64,000 nucleotides of DNA, taken from an uncultured Chlamydiales bacterium (lineage in GTDB: Bacteria > Chlamydiota > Chlamydiia > Chlamydiales > Rhabdochlamydiaceae). Every line of letters begins with the position of its first letter. Positions within the stretch are counted from its first letter, which is position 1. A program made the translations under genes and the position numbers. Positions 28,158 to 37,384 of the stretch are shown piece by piece. Location: NCBI GenBank assembly GCA_963700985.1, contig OY969554.1, positions 1,952,001 through 2,016,000 of the forward strand. The letters are read 5' to 3'. Below the pieces are notes generated by a model, which ran no database searches, had not been told where the DNA came from, and saw nothing but the letters and a program-made list of their open reading frames with translations.

Positions 28158-28991
28158 TTAGTAGAGCTTAATGTCATGAACCTTTTTCCAGCTTTCTATG
28201 CCTTTTAAAATACATGAGTAATCTACTTCATCCATCATCAAAGCAAGACAGGCTTCTTCATAATTACTTCTGTTAGGAGCCGGTAATCTATCATGATTCA
28301 CCAACGAATACTTATCGTGTATGTATATGCCCACATTACCTGTATTGAGAAGAGCTTGTAAATCTTGCTTCCACTCGGCCTTTAATTCCGCGGAAATCGG
28401 TAGCTCGAAAGCCTTTACGGCCCATTTGTCTTCAAAAGCAGTTATTTTTGGAAGGCATTTAGGAACTATTAAAAGTCCCATTTGAAGCATCACATATTGA
28501 CCTACTACTTGGTGCAATGCTATCTCGACCACTTCATTGAGATCGTCATGTGGCGGAGTGAAAGGTCTCATGTAGTCAATAAGACCTTGTTTAATTTTAT
28601 TACGAAGCGTCTCAGGAAAGGCGGCTATTTCGTTTTTCCATTCTTCTTTTTGTAATGGAGTAGGGCCTAACTGATTTATTCGCAAAGCAAGTGCTTCCCA
28701 CTTCTTCACAAAGTTTTCTAAAACGTCTAACTCATCGACTGGCTGTTGAACGCTTCCAAAAATGCTTGCGAAAACGCTTGCAATTGCAGACCAGCAGCTA
28801 GATAGGGCGCTCCAAATAATGTCGCCCAACGATTTCAGAGAAGTACAGCAGCAGTTATCTTCAGCAACACAAGATGAAAAAATCGTCGAAATACACGAGC
28901 TATTGTTGGTTGGGGTAGCTTGACCTGGTTGTGGAGCCTCGCCGATTGTATGAGGAGCTCTTCTATCTACTGGACCTGTTGCTGTTGCCAT
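28158..28991 (-). CDS. Hypothetical protein, tandem paralog 1 (Cys-rich N-terminus), candidate effector
   Basis: 277-aa ORF. The first ~78 aa are nearly identical to those of 29159-29950. Confidence 0.8.
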   Translation of the reverse strand: MATATGPVDRRAPHTIGEAPQPGQATPTNNSSCISTIFSSCVAEDNCCCTSLKSLGDIIWSALSSCWSAIASVFASIFGSVQQPVDELDVLENFVKKWEALALRINQLGPTPLQKEEWKNEIAAFPETLRNKIKQGLIDYMRPFTPPHDDLNEVVEIALHQVVGQYVMLQMGLLIVPKCLPKITAFEDKWAVKAFELPISAELKAEWKQDLQALLNTGNVGIYIHDKYSLVNHDRLPAPNRSNYEEACLALMMDEVDYSCILKGIESWKKVHDIKLY

Positions 28992-29158
28992 AATTTGTTG
29001 CCTATTTTAATGATTTTTGTAAAAAACATATTAATAATAGCATATTTTCTAAATAAGTTTCAATCGACGATTTTGTGCTATTAAAATATTTAATATATGT
29101 TTGCTGACGGAGCGTCAGCAGGACATACGAGATGTCCTGCCAGAATTTTAGGACTCAC

Positions 29159-29950
29159 TTAGGAGGTTTCGTAATACTCTTTCCATCTTCCTAAGCTGAG
29201 AGCAATGAGTGGGTAGTTCATCTCATCTTTCATCAAGGCAATACAAGCTTCTCTGTGCTTGATGTCATTATGAGCCGGTAATTTAGCAACATTTTCATGA
29301 GAATATGTACTATATAGGAAAGTGCTAAGATCGCTTGTATCGAGAAGAATCTGTAAATCGTTTGCCCATTCGGCCTTCACGTTTGCAGAAATCGGTAGCT
29401 GAAGCGCCTTTACTTTCCACTTGTCTTCAAAGGCAGTTACTTTTGGAAGGCATTGAGGGATCATCAAAAGATTTATTTGATGCATCACTTCATTACCTGC
29501 TACTACTTGCATAGCTTCCTCTGCTACTTCTAAGTCGTCGATAAGAGCTTGCTTAATTTTATTACGAAGTGTTTCTGGAAGGGCGGCTATTTCGTCTTTC
29601 CATTCTTCTTCTTGTAATGGAGTAGCACCATTTGAATTTATACGCGAAGCGAGTGGTTCCCACTTATTCAGAAGATTTTGTAAAGCTTGTAAGTCTTTAG
29701 AGGATTGAGAGCCTCCAAAAATGCTTGCGAAGATGCTTGCAATCGCAGACCAGCAGCTAGATAGGGCGCTCCAAATAATGTCGCCCAACGATTTCAGAGA
29801 AGTGCAGCAGCAGTTATCTTCAGCAACACAAGATGAAAAAATTGTCGAAATGCACGAGCTATTGTTGGTTGGAGGAACTTGATCTGGTTGTGGAGTCTCG
29901 CTGATTATATGAGGAGCTCTTCTATCTACTGGACCTGTTGTTGTTGCCAT
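29159..29950 (-). CDS. Hypothetical protein, tandem paralog 2 (Cys-rich N-terminus), candidate effector
   Basis: 263-aa ORF, alignable over its full length with 28158-28991. Confidence 0.8.
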   Translation of the reverse strand: MATTTGPVDRRAPHIISETPQPDQVPPTNNSSCISTIFSSCVAEDNCCCTSLKSLGDIIWSALSSCWSAIASIFASIFGGSQSSKDLQALQNLLNKWEPLASRINSNGATPLQEEEWKDEIAALPETLRNKIKQALIDDLEVAEEAMQVVAGNEVMHQINLLMIPQCLPKVTAFEDKWKVKALQLPISANVKAEWANDLQILLDTSDLSTFLYSTYSHENVAKLPAHNDIKHREACIALMKDEMNYPLIALSLGRWKEYYETS

Positions 29951-30121
29951 AATTTGTTGCCTATCTTAATGAATTTCGTAAAAAACATATTAATAATAGC
30001 ATATTTCCTAAATCAGCTTCAATCGATGCTTTTGTAGTATTAAAATCTTTAATAGGATATTTGGTGCCGAGCCAAGCCTCGGCGAAGAAAAGCGGCGACA
30101 AGTCGCGCGCACTCCAAAAAG

Positions 30122-30148
30122 AAAAGGGGGCGCTTTTGGCGCCCCCTT
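30122..30148 (-). terminator. Rho-independent terminator of the hrcA-grpE-dnaK operon
   Basis: AAGGGGGCGC-TTTTG-GCGCCCCCTT with a minus-strand U-tract. Confidence 0.8.
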
Positions 30149-30175
30149 AGGGAAAATGCGAGAGTAATCTAGAGA

Positions 30176-32131
30176 TTACTTCTTTTCTTCGTCGAGGATC
30201 TCAACTTCGGCTTCTTCGATATCTGCTTTTCCAGATTCGGGCTTCTTATTCTTTCTCAGTGCATCCATGGTCGTGTTATGCACAGGACCGCTCTGAGCGC
30301 CTTCAGCTGGGCCTTGCTTTTGCATCGCCTCGCCGATCTTCTGCATGTGCGTATTCAGCTCTTCTGTCGCGGCCTTAATGGCAGCGATATCATCGCCTTC
30401 AAGCGTCTTTTTCAATGCATCGATCTTGCCTTGCACATTATCCTTTACCTCTTGAGGTAAGCGATCTTTGTGCTCATCTAAGGCTTTCTGAGCGCGGAAA
30501 GCGAGCGAGTCAGCCTCGTTTTTCGCTTCGATGCTCTCTTTTTTCAGCTTATCTTCTTCAGCGTGCTCTTCAGCGTCTTTAAGCATGCGCTTGATCTCGT
30601 TCTCATTTAAGCCAGACTTGGCTTCGATACGGATCTTCTGCTGCTTGCCCGACTGCATGTCTTTAGCAGATACATGCAAGATACCGTCAGCATCGATGTC
30701 AAAAGCCACTTCAATTTGAGGCATGCCTCTTGGCGCAGGTGGGATATCAGTTAGATCGAAACGGCCGATCTCTTTGTTATCCTTAGCCATCTTACGCTCA
30801 CCTTGAAGCACGACGATCGTCACCGCAGGCTGATTGTCAGCTGCAGTTGAGAAGACCTGCTTCTTCTGAGTTGGGATGGTTGTATTGCGCTCAACCAGCG
30901 GTGTTAGAACTCCACCTAGTGTCTCAATCCCGAGTGTAAGTGGGATTACGTCCAGGAGAAGAACGTCTTTCACTTCGCCACCGAGAACGCCACCTTGAAT
31001 CGCCGCGCCGATAGCTACGACTTCATCAGGGTTAACGCCTTTATGCGGCTCTCTACCGAAAATCTCGGCTACTTTTTTCTCAACTGAAGGCATACGGCTC
31101 ATGCCGCCGACTAAGATTACTTCGTCGATCTGGCTCGCTGCGAGGCCCGCATCTTTCAGAGCCTTAAGGCAAGGCTCTTTGGTGCGCTCAATGAGTGCGT
31201 GAACAAGGCTTTCGAGCTTAGCGCGTGTTAGTGTGAGCGCTAAGTGTTTTGGGCCAGATGCATCCATGGTGATAAATGGCTGATTGATCTCTGTAGACTG
31301 TGTGCCCGAGAGTTCAATTTTAGCTTTTTCAGCCGCATCGCGTAGGCGTTGCAGTGCCATCTTATCTTTGCTAAGGTCGATGCTCTGATCGCGCTTAAAC
31401 TCGTCTAGCATCCAGTGCAAGATCGCGTTATCAAAGTCATCTCCGCCAAGGTGGGTATCGCCGTTGGTAGATAACACTTCAAAAACGCCATCGCCGATCT
31501 CGAGAATCGAGATATCAAATGTACCGCCGCCTAAGTCGAAGACTGCGATTTTTTTATCCGCTTGCTTATCGAGACCATAAGCTAAGGCAGCTGCCGTAGG
31601 CTCAGGAATAATACGCTTAACATCGAGGCCAGCAATTCGGCCAGCATCTTTGGTCGACTGTCTTTGTGAGTCGTTAAAGTAAGCAGGAACGGTGATCACA
31701 GCTTCGGTGACTTTTTCACCGAGATAGGCTTCGGCTGTCTCTTTCATTTTGACTAGCACTTGTGCGCCTACTTCTTCTGGGGTGACGATTTTTCCATCGA
31801 TTTCAAAAACCGCATCGCCATTAGAATTCTGAGTCACTTTGTAAGGCACAGTTTTGATCTCGCCTTGCACTTCCGCGTATTTACGTCCGATAAAACGTTT
31901 AGCTGAATAGACGGTGCGCTCAGGGTTAGTTACCGATTGTCTTTTTGCAGGGATACCTACAAGGCGCTCTTCGCCTTTATAAGAGACAATCGAAGGTGTT
32001 GTTCGTGCCCCTTCTGAACTTGCAATAACGACGGGGATTCCTCCCTCCATTACCGAAACGCAAGAGTTTGTTGTACCGAGGTCAATGCCGATGATACGGC
32101 CTTTTTTTTGTGTGTTTTTTTGTTCTGTCAT
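30176..32131 (-). CDS. dnaK: Chaperone DnaK (Hsp70)
   Basis: [56 protein letters not shown] at 32131. Confidence 0.98.
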   Translation of the reverse strand: MTEQKNTQKKGRIIGIDLGTTNSCVSVMEGGIPVVIASSEGARTTPSIVSYKGEERLVGIPAKRQSVTNPERTVYSAKRFIGRKYAEVQGEIKTVPYKVTQNSNGDAVFEIDGKIVTPEEVGAQVLVKMKETAEAYLGEKVTEAVITVPAYFNDSQRQSTKDAGRIAGLDVKRIIPEPTAAALAYGLDKQADKKIAVFDLGGGTFDISILEIGDGVFEVLSTNGDTHLGGDDFDNAILHWMLDEFKRDQSIDLSKDKMALQRLRDAAEKAKIELSGTQSTEINQPFITMDASGPKHLALTLTRAKLESLVHALIERTKEPCLKALKDAGLAASQIDEVILVGGMSRMPSVEKKVAEIFGREPHKGVNPDEVVAIGAAIQGGVLGGEVKDVLLLDVIPLTLGIETLGGVLTPLVERNTTIPTQKKQVFSTAADNQPAVTIVVLQGERKMAKDNKEIGRFDLTDIPPAPRGMPQIEVAFDIDADGILHVSAKDMQSGKQQKIRIEAKSGLNENEIKRMLKDAEEHAEEDKLKKESIEAKNEADSLAFRAQKALDEHKDRLPQEVKDNVQGKIDALKKTLEGDDIAAIKAATEELNTHMQKIGEAMQKQGPAEGAQSGPVHNTTMDALRKNKKPESGKADIEEAEVEILDEEKK

Positions 32132-32135
32132 ATAA

Positions 32136-32699
32136 TTATTCTCCTTTTTTTTCGTAGCTTGGTTGCTCTGCTGCGGGCGGTATCGGTTTCTTAGCGACCT
32201 TAACGCGTGCAGGGCGGATGATGCGATCACCGCATCTATATCCTTTCATAAATTCTTGAAGGATCGTTCCTTCAGGTTTCTGATCAGTCTCTTCGGTTTC
32301 AACGGCCTGGTGTTTATGCGGATCAAACAACGTTCCGACCGATTCAAACGGCTGGATGTTATTGGCGCCAAGCACCTCTTTAAATTGGCCTAAAATCATC
32401 TGGAAGCCGATCGCCCATTTGCGTGTCTCATCAGACATCTTGTCTGCAAAGGCTAAGGCGTTCTCTAAGTTGTCAATCGGAGAGAGCAGCTCGGCAAAGG
32501 TGCTTTCCACTGCATAACGCACGCTGTCTTGTTTTTCTTTAATCATGCGTTTGCGCGTATTTTCCATCTCAGCAAGTGCACGCAGGTGTTTATCCTTACA
32601 CTCTTTAAGCTCATCTTCGAGCAGCTCGCATTTATCTCGAGGAGCTGGCGCCGCTTCTTGAGTGGCTTCTTCTGGTTGTATTTGTTCTTCTTCGCTCAT
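32136..32699 (-). CDS. grpE: Nucleotide exchange factor GrpE
   Basis: [46 protein letters not shown]. Confidence 0.96.
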   Translation of the reverse strand: MSEEEQIQPEEATQEAAPAPRDKCELLEDELKECKDKHLRALAEMENTRKRMIKEKQDSVRYAVESTFAELLSPIDNLENALAFADKMSDETRKWAIGFQMILGQFKEVLGANNIQPFESVGTLFDPHKHQAVETEETDQKPEGTILQEFMKGYRCGDRIIRPARVKVAKKPIPPAAEQPSYEKKGE

Positions 32700-33865
32700 G
32701 AAAAGACTCCTAAGTCAGCATTTTTATTTTCTAAAAGTAAGCAGTGAGCCGAATCAGCTGCATGTGACGAATTTTTAAGGTCGATATGCGAAGTCTGAGG
32801 TTGGCGGAAGGTGATTTTAAACTTGTACATGCTCTTGGTAAGCGTTTCTGTGATCGCATCAGAGGCGGTTTTCATAATTCCAAAGAGCTCGCGATAGGAG
32901 ATGCGCAAAGGGCCTAAGATGGCCAGCGCGCCTGCAATCGTCTGATTGATGCGGTAGGGGATTGCAATAACTGAGCAAGCCGTCACTTGTGGTGCATGTT
33001 CATGTAGATCATCGCCAATCCAGCAAAGGAGGTTGTTTGCCTTGCAGCATTCACTGAGCATCGAACGCATCGAATTTGGGTTTTCGAAAAGAGAGAGTCC
33101 GCTTGCCAGCGCTGTCGCGTTGTTGAAGTCTGGATAATTGAGCAGTTTAGAGAAGCCTGTTTTATAGATGTCTTCTGCTGTAAAATTTGTGTAATTGACG
33201 ATATGTCGCAGCATGATTTCACGATAGAAATGCGAAGCGATTTTCTCTTCATCTTCTGAGAGCTCAGGCTTGTCGATGCCAGTAATACGCCAGTGGAAAT
33301 AGGATTCAATTCTTTTCAGGCTAAAATTGCTTAACTTCTTTTCTGTGTAGAGCTGCTCGGTATGTACAATTCCAAAATCGGTGATAAGCACGCAGAGACA
33401 GCGGTTGTTATTGATATTCAGAAGTTTGATGTCGAGTATGAAATCTTGATCGAAGCGGGGTGCGGAGAGGAAAACTGCACAGCCTGTCTTTTCGCTTACA
33501 ACTTCGGCTACTTCTTGGAGATAGGAGGCGATCTCTCGGCTCTGTTTAACCAATCTAGTATAGAGGAGTTGATTCTCCTTATTTTCGGATGCTGGAGTCT
33601 CTAAATGAGCTTGTGCATAGAGCTTAAATGCCAAAGGGGTGGGAATGCGGCCACCTGAAGAGTGCTGCTGTTTGAGATAGCCGGTCTCTTCGAGCTTGGC
33701 GAAATAGTTGCGGATAGTGGCAGAGCTTAAGTTTTCGAAGCCATTGTCTCTTAATGTGTTAGATCCGATAGGCGAGCCCATCTTTAGATAGAGCTCAACC
33801 AGACCGAGGAGAACCAGTTTTTCACGCTGGTCTTTAGGAGGTTTTTTAGGAGTGATGTTTTTCAA
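32696..33865 (-). CDS. hrcA: Heat-inducible transcription repressor HrcA
   Basis: PIGSNTL, LSSATIRNYFAKLEETGYL.Q.HSSGGRIPT, ILGPLRISY. TTG start. Confidence 0.95.
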   Translation of the reverse strand: MKNITPKKPPKDQREKLVLLGLVELYLKMGSPIGSNTLRDNGFENLSSATIRNYFAKLEETGYLKQQHSSGGRIPTPLAFKLYAQAHLETPASENKENQLLYTRLVKQSREIASYLQEVAEVVSEKTGCAVFLSAPRFDQDFILDIKLLNINNNRCLCVLITDFGIVHTEQLYTEKKLSNFSLKRIESYFHWRITGIDKPELSEDEEKIASHFYREIMLRHIVNYTNFTAEDIYKTGFSKLLNYPDFNNATALASGLSLFENPNSMRSMLSECCKANNLLCWIGDDLHEHAPQVTACSVIAIPYRINQTIAGALAILGPLRISYRELFGIMKTASDAITETLTKSMYKFKITFRQPQTSHIDLKNSSHAADSAHCLLLENKNADLGVFS

Positions 33866-33894
33866 ACAGCTACCAAAATTAAATGTTAAAACGG

Positions 33895-33956
33895 ATTATA
33901 GCAGAGGCGAAAAAGAAAATGCAAGAAAATTAGCAGTCGGTTGAGTCGATTGCTCA
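33895..33956 (-). promoter_or_regulatory. hrcA operon promoter (TTGCAT-N18-TATAAT) with CIRCE element
   Basis: TTAGCAGTC-N9-GATTGCTCA at 33930-33956 against consensus TTAGCACTC-N9-GAGTGCTAA. -35 at 33919-33924 and -10 at 33895-33900 on the minus strand. Confidence 0.85.
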
Positions 33957-34010
33957 ATAATGTTTTAATATCTTAACAGTAAGTAGTTTGTGACGATGTA
34001 AATAAATATT

Positions 34011-37000
34011 TTATTTGCCGACAATCGCAGGATCATGCGAAATCAGGGGGAGCACATCGACCACCGAGGGTGACCAATCGAGGCCTCGGCTATAGACGAG
34101 CCGAGAGGAGATATAACAGGCGATAATCGCCTTTTTATGGATGTCCGGAATCTCTAGAAGCACCCGTTTTTGATAGCGTGTGCGGATAAGCAGAGGGCAG
34201 TAGTTAAGGAGGCAGCGAATCAGAGGGTCTTCGGGGTCATTACTCAAGGTTTGCGTCTCGAGGTAGTCGAGCAGCTCATAGGTGAAATTATTGATCTTTT
34301 CAGAGATCAAGTCGGATATATCTGTGAGGAAAGCTCCGGTTTTAGAATGCGTGCTTAGCAGCAATGTGGCTTCATCTTTAGCGCGCTGCTTGATGATTTC
34401 CAAGATTTCCTTCATCAAGGTGGGTTTCTCCTTAATGAACTCTTCTTCTGAAAGGCAAAGGCCGCAGAGCACTTCGAAAGAGGAGCAGATCACGCCGCCT
34501 TTATTTGCCGAGCTATCTTTAACGATCAATAGATCGAGCTTTTCAAGCGCCTTGCGCGCCCAAGGGGTGACATATAGGTTAGCTCCTTCCACGATCGCTT
34601 TGGCAGTTGGATGACCCGTTTCGTCGAGGAAGTCCTTATAATTGGTGTCATTCAATGTGCGTGGACGCCCGCCACCTGGAACAAAGATATCGACTTTGGT
34701 CTGATGGACGTTGTTGCGAAAAAGGTGATTCATCTCATTTCCGGTGAGCCAATCTTCGATGAGCTTGCCATCTTTTTTGCGCCAGCAGAGTGTCTGCTGG
34801 GCGTAAGCTGTCTGCTCGCGTTTCGTGCGTAAATCTAGCAGAAAGCCACCTTCGGAGAGTTTTTCCGGAGGGTAAAAGCGGATCGGCTTAACTTCATGAA
34901 AGAGCTTTTCCATGGTGGGCAGATCTAAACCATTCGGATCAAAAATTGTGCCCGAGACATCAGTGAGTGCTAAGAGTTTTGCTGTTTTAGGGTAGAAGCG
35001 CGCTAGGTTCAGAATCTCATTTCCCGCGACATCGCCATCGGGTCCACCCGACATCTTGATGGTAAAGCTATCTTTGTAAGGGTCGATTTTGAGATAGCGT
35101 AGCACCTCTTCTACATAGACGTTTACGCCTAGAGAGGTTACGCCATACTCTTTATGGTTGATGCCCGCACCGGGTTTGCTCGAGATGAAAGAGCTTCCAG
35201 ATTTATAACCCTGCATTTTGCTGTAATTTGCAATCCAAACGATCATCTCGTTGTGCATGTTCTCGTCAGGACCGAGATAGATGTATTCGGGCTTTTTGTA
35301 ATAATCAATGACATCTTTAGCTTTGATCTTTCCATCAGCTTCGCAGTTAATGAGCGTCATGAAACTTTCGATATAGGCGCGCTGAGTTTGATAGAGATAT
35401 TCAAGCTTATGCTCTTTATGAAAAGCGATCGTATGTTTCTCGATTTCGGTGGGCTCGAGTCCAGCATCTTGCAGCTCGTGCCTATAGATTTGCCCTTCCG
35501 CTGCCAATCTCTCATAGGGTTCGAGTAGAATAATGCCTTTAGCTCCGCCTTCAGGGATGTCTTTATTTTTTTTCTGCTGCGTATATGCCAAACCATAACA
35601 TTCGGAAAAGACGTTATTGCGTTCGACTAAAAGCTGCTCCATCCGTTCAGGAAGGACCGTGCGCAAGCCTCCGCGAGAAAGATCTTTAAAACGGATGTGA
35701 AATCCGATGAAATACATGCCTTTCATGAAAAAGACGGCGAAGGGGAGCTCGGGGAATTTCTCTTTGCGATCAAACGGCACATGTTCGAGATATTGTGGAT
35801 CGAGCCGGAAGCTTAAAGCTGTCTTGTTGTTGCGATAGAAGTCGGTTTTTAAGGTGTAATCGACGAAGTTGATCGCTTGCTTCAAAATGTTTTTGCGGCG
35901 CTTGTCGTTTAATTCCTGACCAGTATCCAACTCTTCGACAAGCTTAAATACGGCATCGCGTGTTTTTTGAAATTTGGAGAGATCATTTTTTTGCGGATGG
36001 AACTTCCACTCAAAAGCTTCGCAGATCTGTACCATGAGTTCCGGGTGCCTGCAGAAGCCCTCTTCGATATAGGCAAATGCATACATGTGCACATCATCAT
36101 GCACGAGCACCTGGTGCACAAAAGAGATCATGCTCTTGATGAGATTGCCGATATTGCCGCGCACGAGTCCAGAATCGACAAAGACATTTTCGATCTGCTC
36201 CATGCCTTCGAAGTATTTTAGCGTGACCATCTCTTGTAAAAAGTCAGGGAGGTCTGCGGCTTCCCAAGCTGCTTTGCCATTCATGCCATGCAGCCCAAGC
36301 GACATGACCAGCACGTTCTGGCTGCTGTAGGCATCGATGTAACTCGTGTTGACGCGTTTGATCGTCAGCCCATGGCGATAAATTGTCTTAGCTAGACGAT
36401 AGAGAAAGTCATATTTTGGAACGTTGCGCCAGGCAAAGACGATTTGCAGCGAGGGCATCTCTTTTTTCTTTTCCCAATCCTCAACCCTGCGTACCTCATA
36501 TTGGCAATGATCGCGCGTTTGCGCCCGGAAAAACATATCGAGCGCCACGATGAGTCGCTCTTTTCCAAGGGCCCGCAAAAAGCGTGGGTTCATGCCTTCG
36601 ATCAGCTTCTTGAATTCGGCATCTGTGACTTCTGGATTGCGTGCTCTGACCAGTTCGAGGATCTCTTTTTGCCGGTCGGCTGGAATAGCTTCTTCTTGAG
36701 GGTTTAATTTTCCTGGTACGCCTGTAAAAGTGAGGATGGCGATCCGTAAAGGACTGCTAGCTCCGGCTAGCGGAGGGGGCGTATTGGAGACAAAGGCGCG
36801 ATAATCCTTAATTCCAAAGCGACGGTAATTTTTTAAAATTTTTAGATCTGCATCCGGGCTGTCTAAACAGAGAGAAATTGCACTGCCCTTCAAGTGAATA
36901 TGCGAGAAGAACTCTTGCAAATCGAAGCCCATTAAATTGTGGGTGATCAGCAGGAGATTGTCTCCTTTGATCTCTTCAAAGAAGCTGGGGGGCATGTGTT

Positions 37001-37103
37001 CGCAGAGCCAAACGTAGAACTCCTCAAACTTTTTGCCCTCTTTTTGGAGAGCTTGTTTGAGCTGTTCTCTTAGGAAAGGGCGATCTTGCGGAGGTGCAGC
37101 CAT
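34011..37103 (-). CDS. Large NAD-specific glutamate dehydrogenase (GDH2-type)
   Basis: GFHIRFKDLSRGGLR, QQKKNKDIPEGGAKG, YLGPDEN, HKEYGVTSLGV, GGPDGDVAGNEI, IVEGANLY, KDSSANKGGVICSSFEV. Confidence 0.9.
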   Translation of the reverse strand: MAAPPQDRPFLREQLKQALQKEGKKFEEFYVWLCEHMPPSFFEEIKGDNLLLITHNLMGFDLQEFFSHIHLKGSAISLCLDSPDADLKILKNYRRFGIKDYRAFVSNTPPPLAGASSPLRIAILTFTGVPGKLNPQEEAIPADRQKEILELVRARNPEVTDAEFKKLIEGMNPRFLRALGKERLIVALDMFFRAQTRDHCQYEVRRVEDWEKKKEMPSLQIVFAWRNVPKYDFLYRLAKTIYRHGLTIKRVNTSYIDAYSSQNVLVMSLGLHGMNGKAAWEAADLPDFLQEMVTLKYFEGMEQIENVFVDSGLVRGNIGNLIKSMISFVHQVLVHDDVHMYAFAYIEEGFCRHPELMVQICEAFEWKFHPQKNDLSKFQKTRDAVFKLVEELDTGQELNDKRRKNILKQAINFVDYTLKTDFYRNNKTALSFRLDPQYLEHVPFDRKEKFPELPFAVFFMKGMYFIGFHIRFKDLSRGGLRTVLPERMEQLLVERNNVFSECYGLAYTQQKKNKDIPEGGAKGIILLEPYERLAAEGQIYRHELQDAGLEPTEIEKHTIAFHKEHKLEYLYQTQRAYIESFMTLINCEADGKIKAKDVIDYYKKPEYIYLGPDENMHNEMIVWIANYSKMQGYKSGSSFISSKPGAGINHKEYGVTSLGVNVYVEEVLRYLKIDPYKDSFTIKMSGGPDGDVAGNEILNLARFYPKTAKLLALTDVSGTIFDPNGLDLPTMEKLFHEVKPIRFYPPEKLSEGGFLLDLRTKREQTAYAQQTLCWRKKDGKLIEDWLTGNEMNHLFRNNVHQTKVDIFVPGGGRPRTLNDTNYKDFLDETGHPTAKAIVEGANLYVTPWARKALEKLDLLIVKDSSANKGGVICSSFEVLCGLCLSEEEFIKEKPTLMKEILEIIKQRAKDEATLLLSTHSKTGAFLTDISDLISEKINNFTYELLDYLETQTLSNDPEDPLIRCLLNYCPLLIRTRYQKRVLLEIPDIHKKAIIACYISSRLVYSRGLDWSPSVVDVLPLISHDPAIVGK

Positions 37104-37167
37104 ATCCCTAATAGATAGGATTCAATAGTTTTTTTCAATAACTGAAAAATATGAAGCGGTAATCAAG

Positions 37168-37356
37168 ATTTTACCACAGAGGCACAGAGAACGCTGAGGA
37201 AGAAAGATTGTTTTTTTGCTTCGCTCGCGAAAAAAACAATACTCTCTCGGCTTCGCCGAGGTTTACGAGGCAAGGGAATGTTCTTTTTTTGTTTCACTTA
37301 CAAAAAAAGGATTTCCTTTTCTTTACTCTGTGTTCTCTGTGCCTCCGTGGTGAAAT
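37168..37356. repeat. MITE/REP-like 189-bp element with 31-bp terminal inverted repeats and three internal hairpins (family B)
   Basis: ATTTTACCACAGAGGCACAGAGAACGCTGAG ... CTCTGTGTTCTCTGTGCCTCCGTGGTGAAAT (27/31 complementary). A partial second copy lies at 54046-54072. Confidence 0.8.
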
Positions 37357-37384
37357 TCTTCAACTAAGTGTTTCGTTGCAAACG

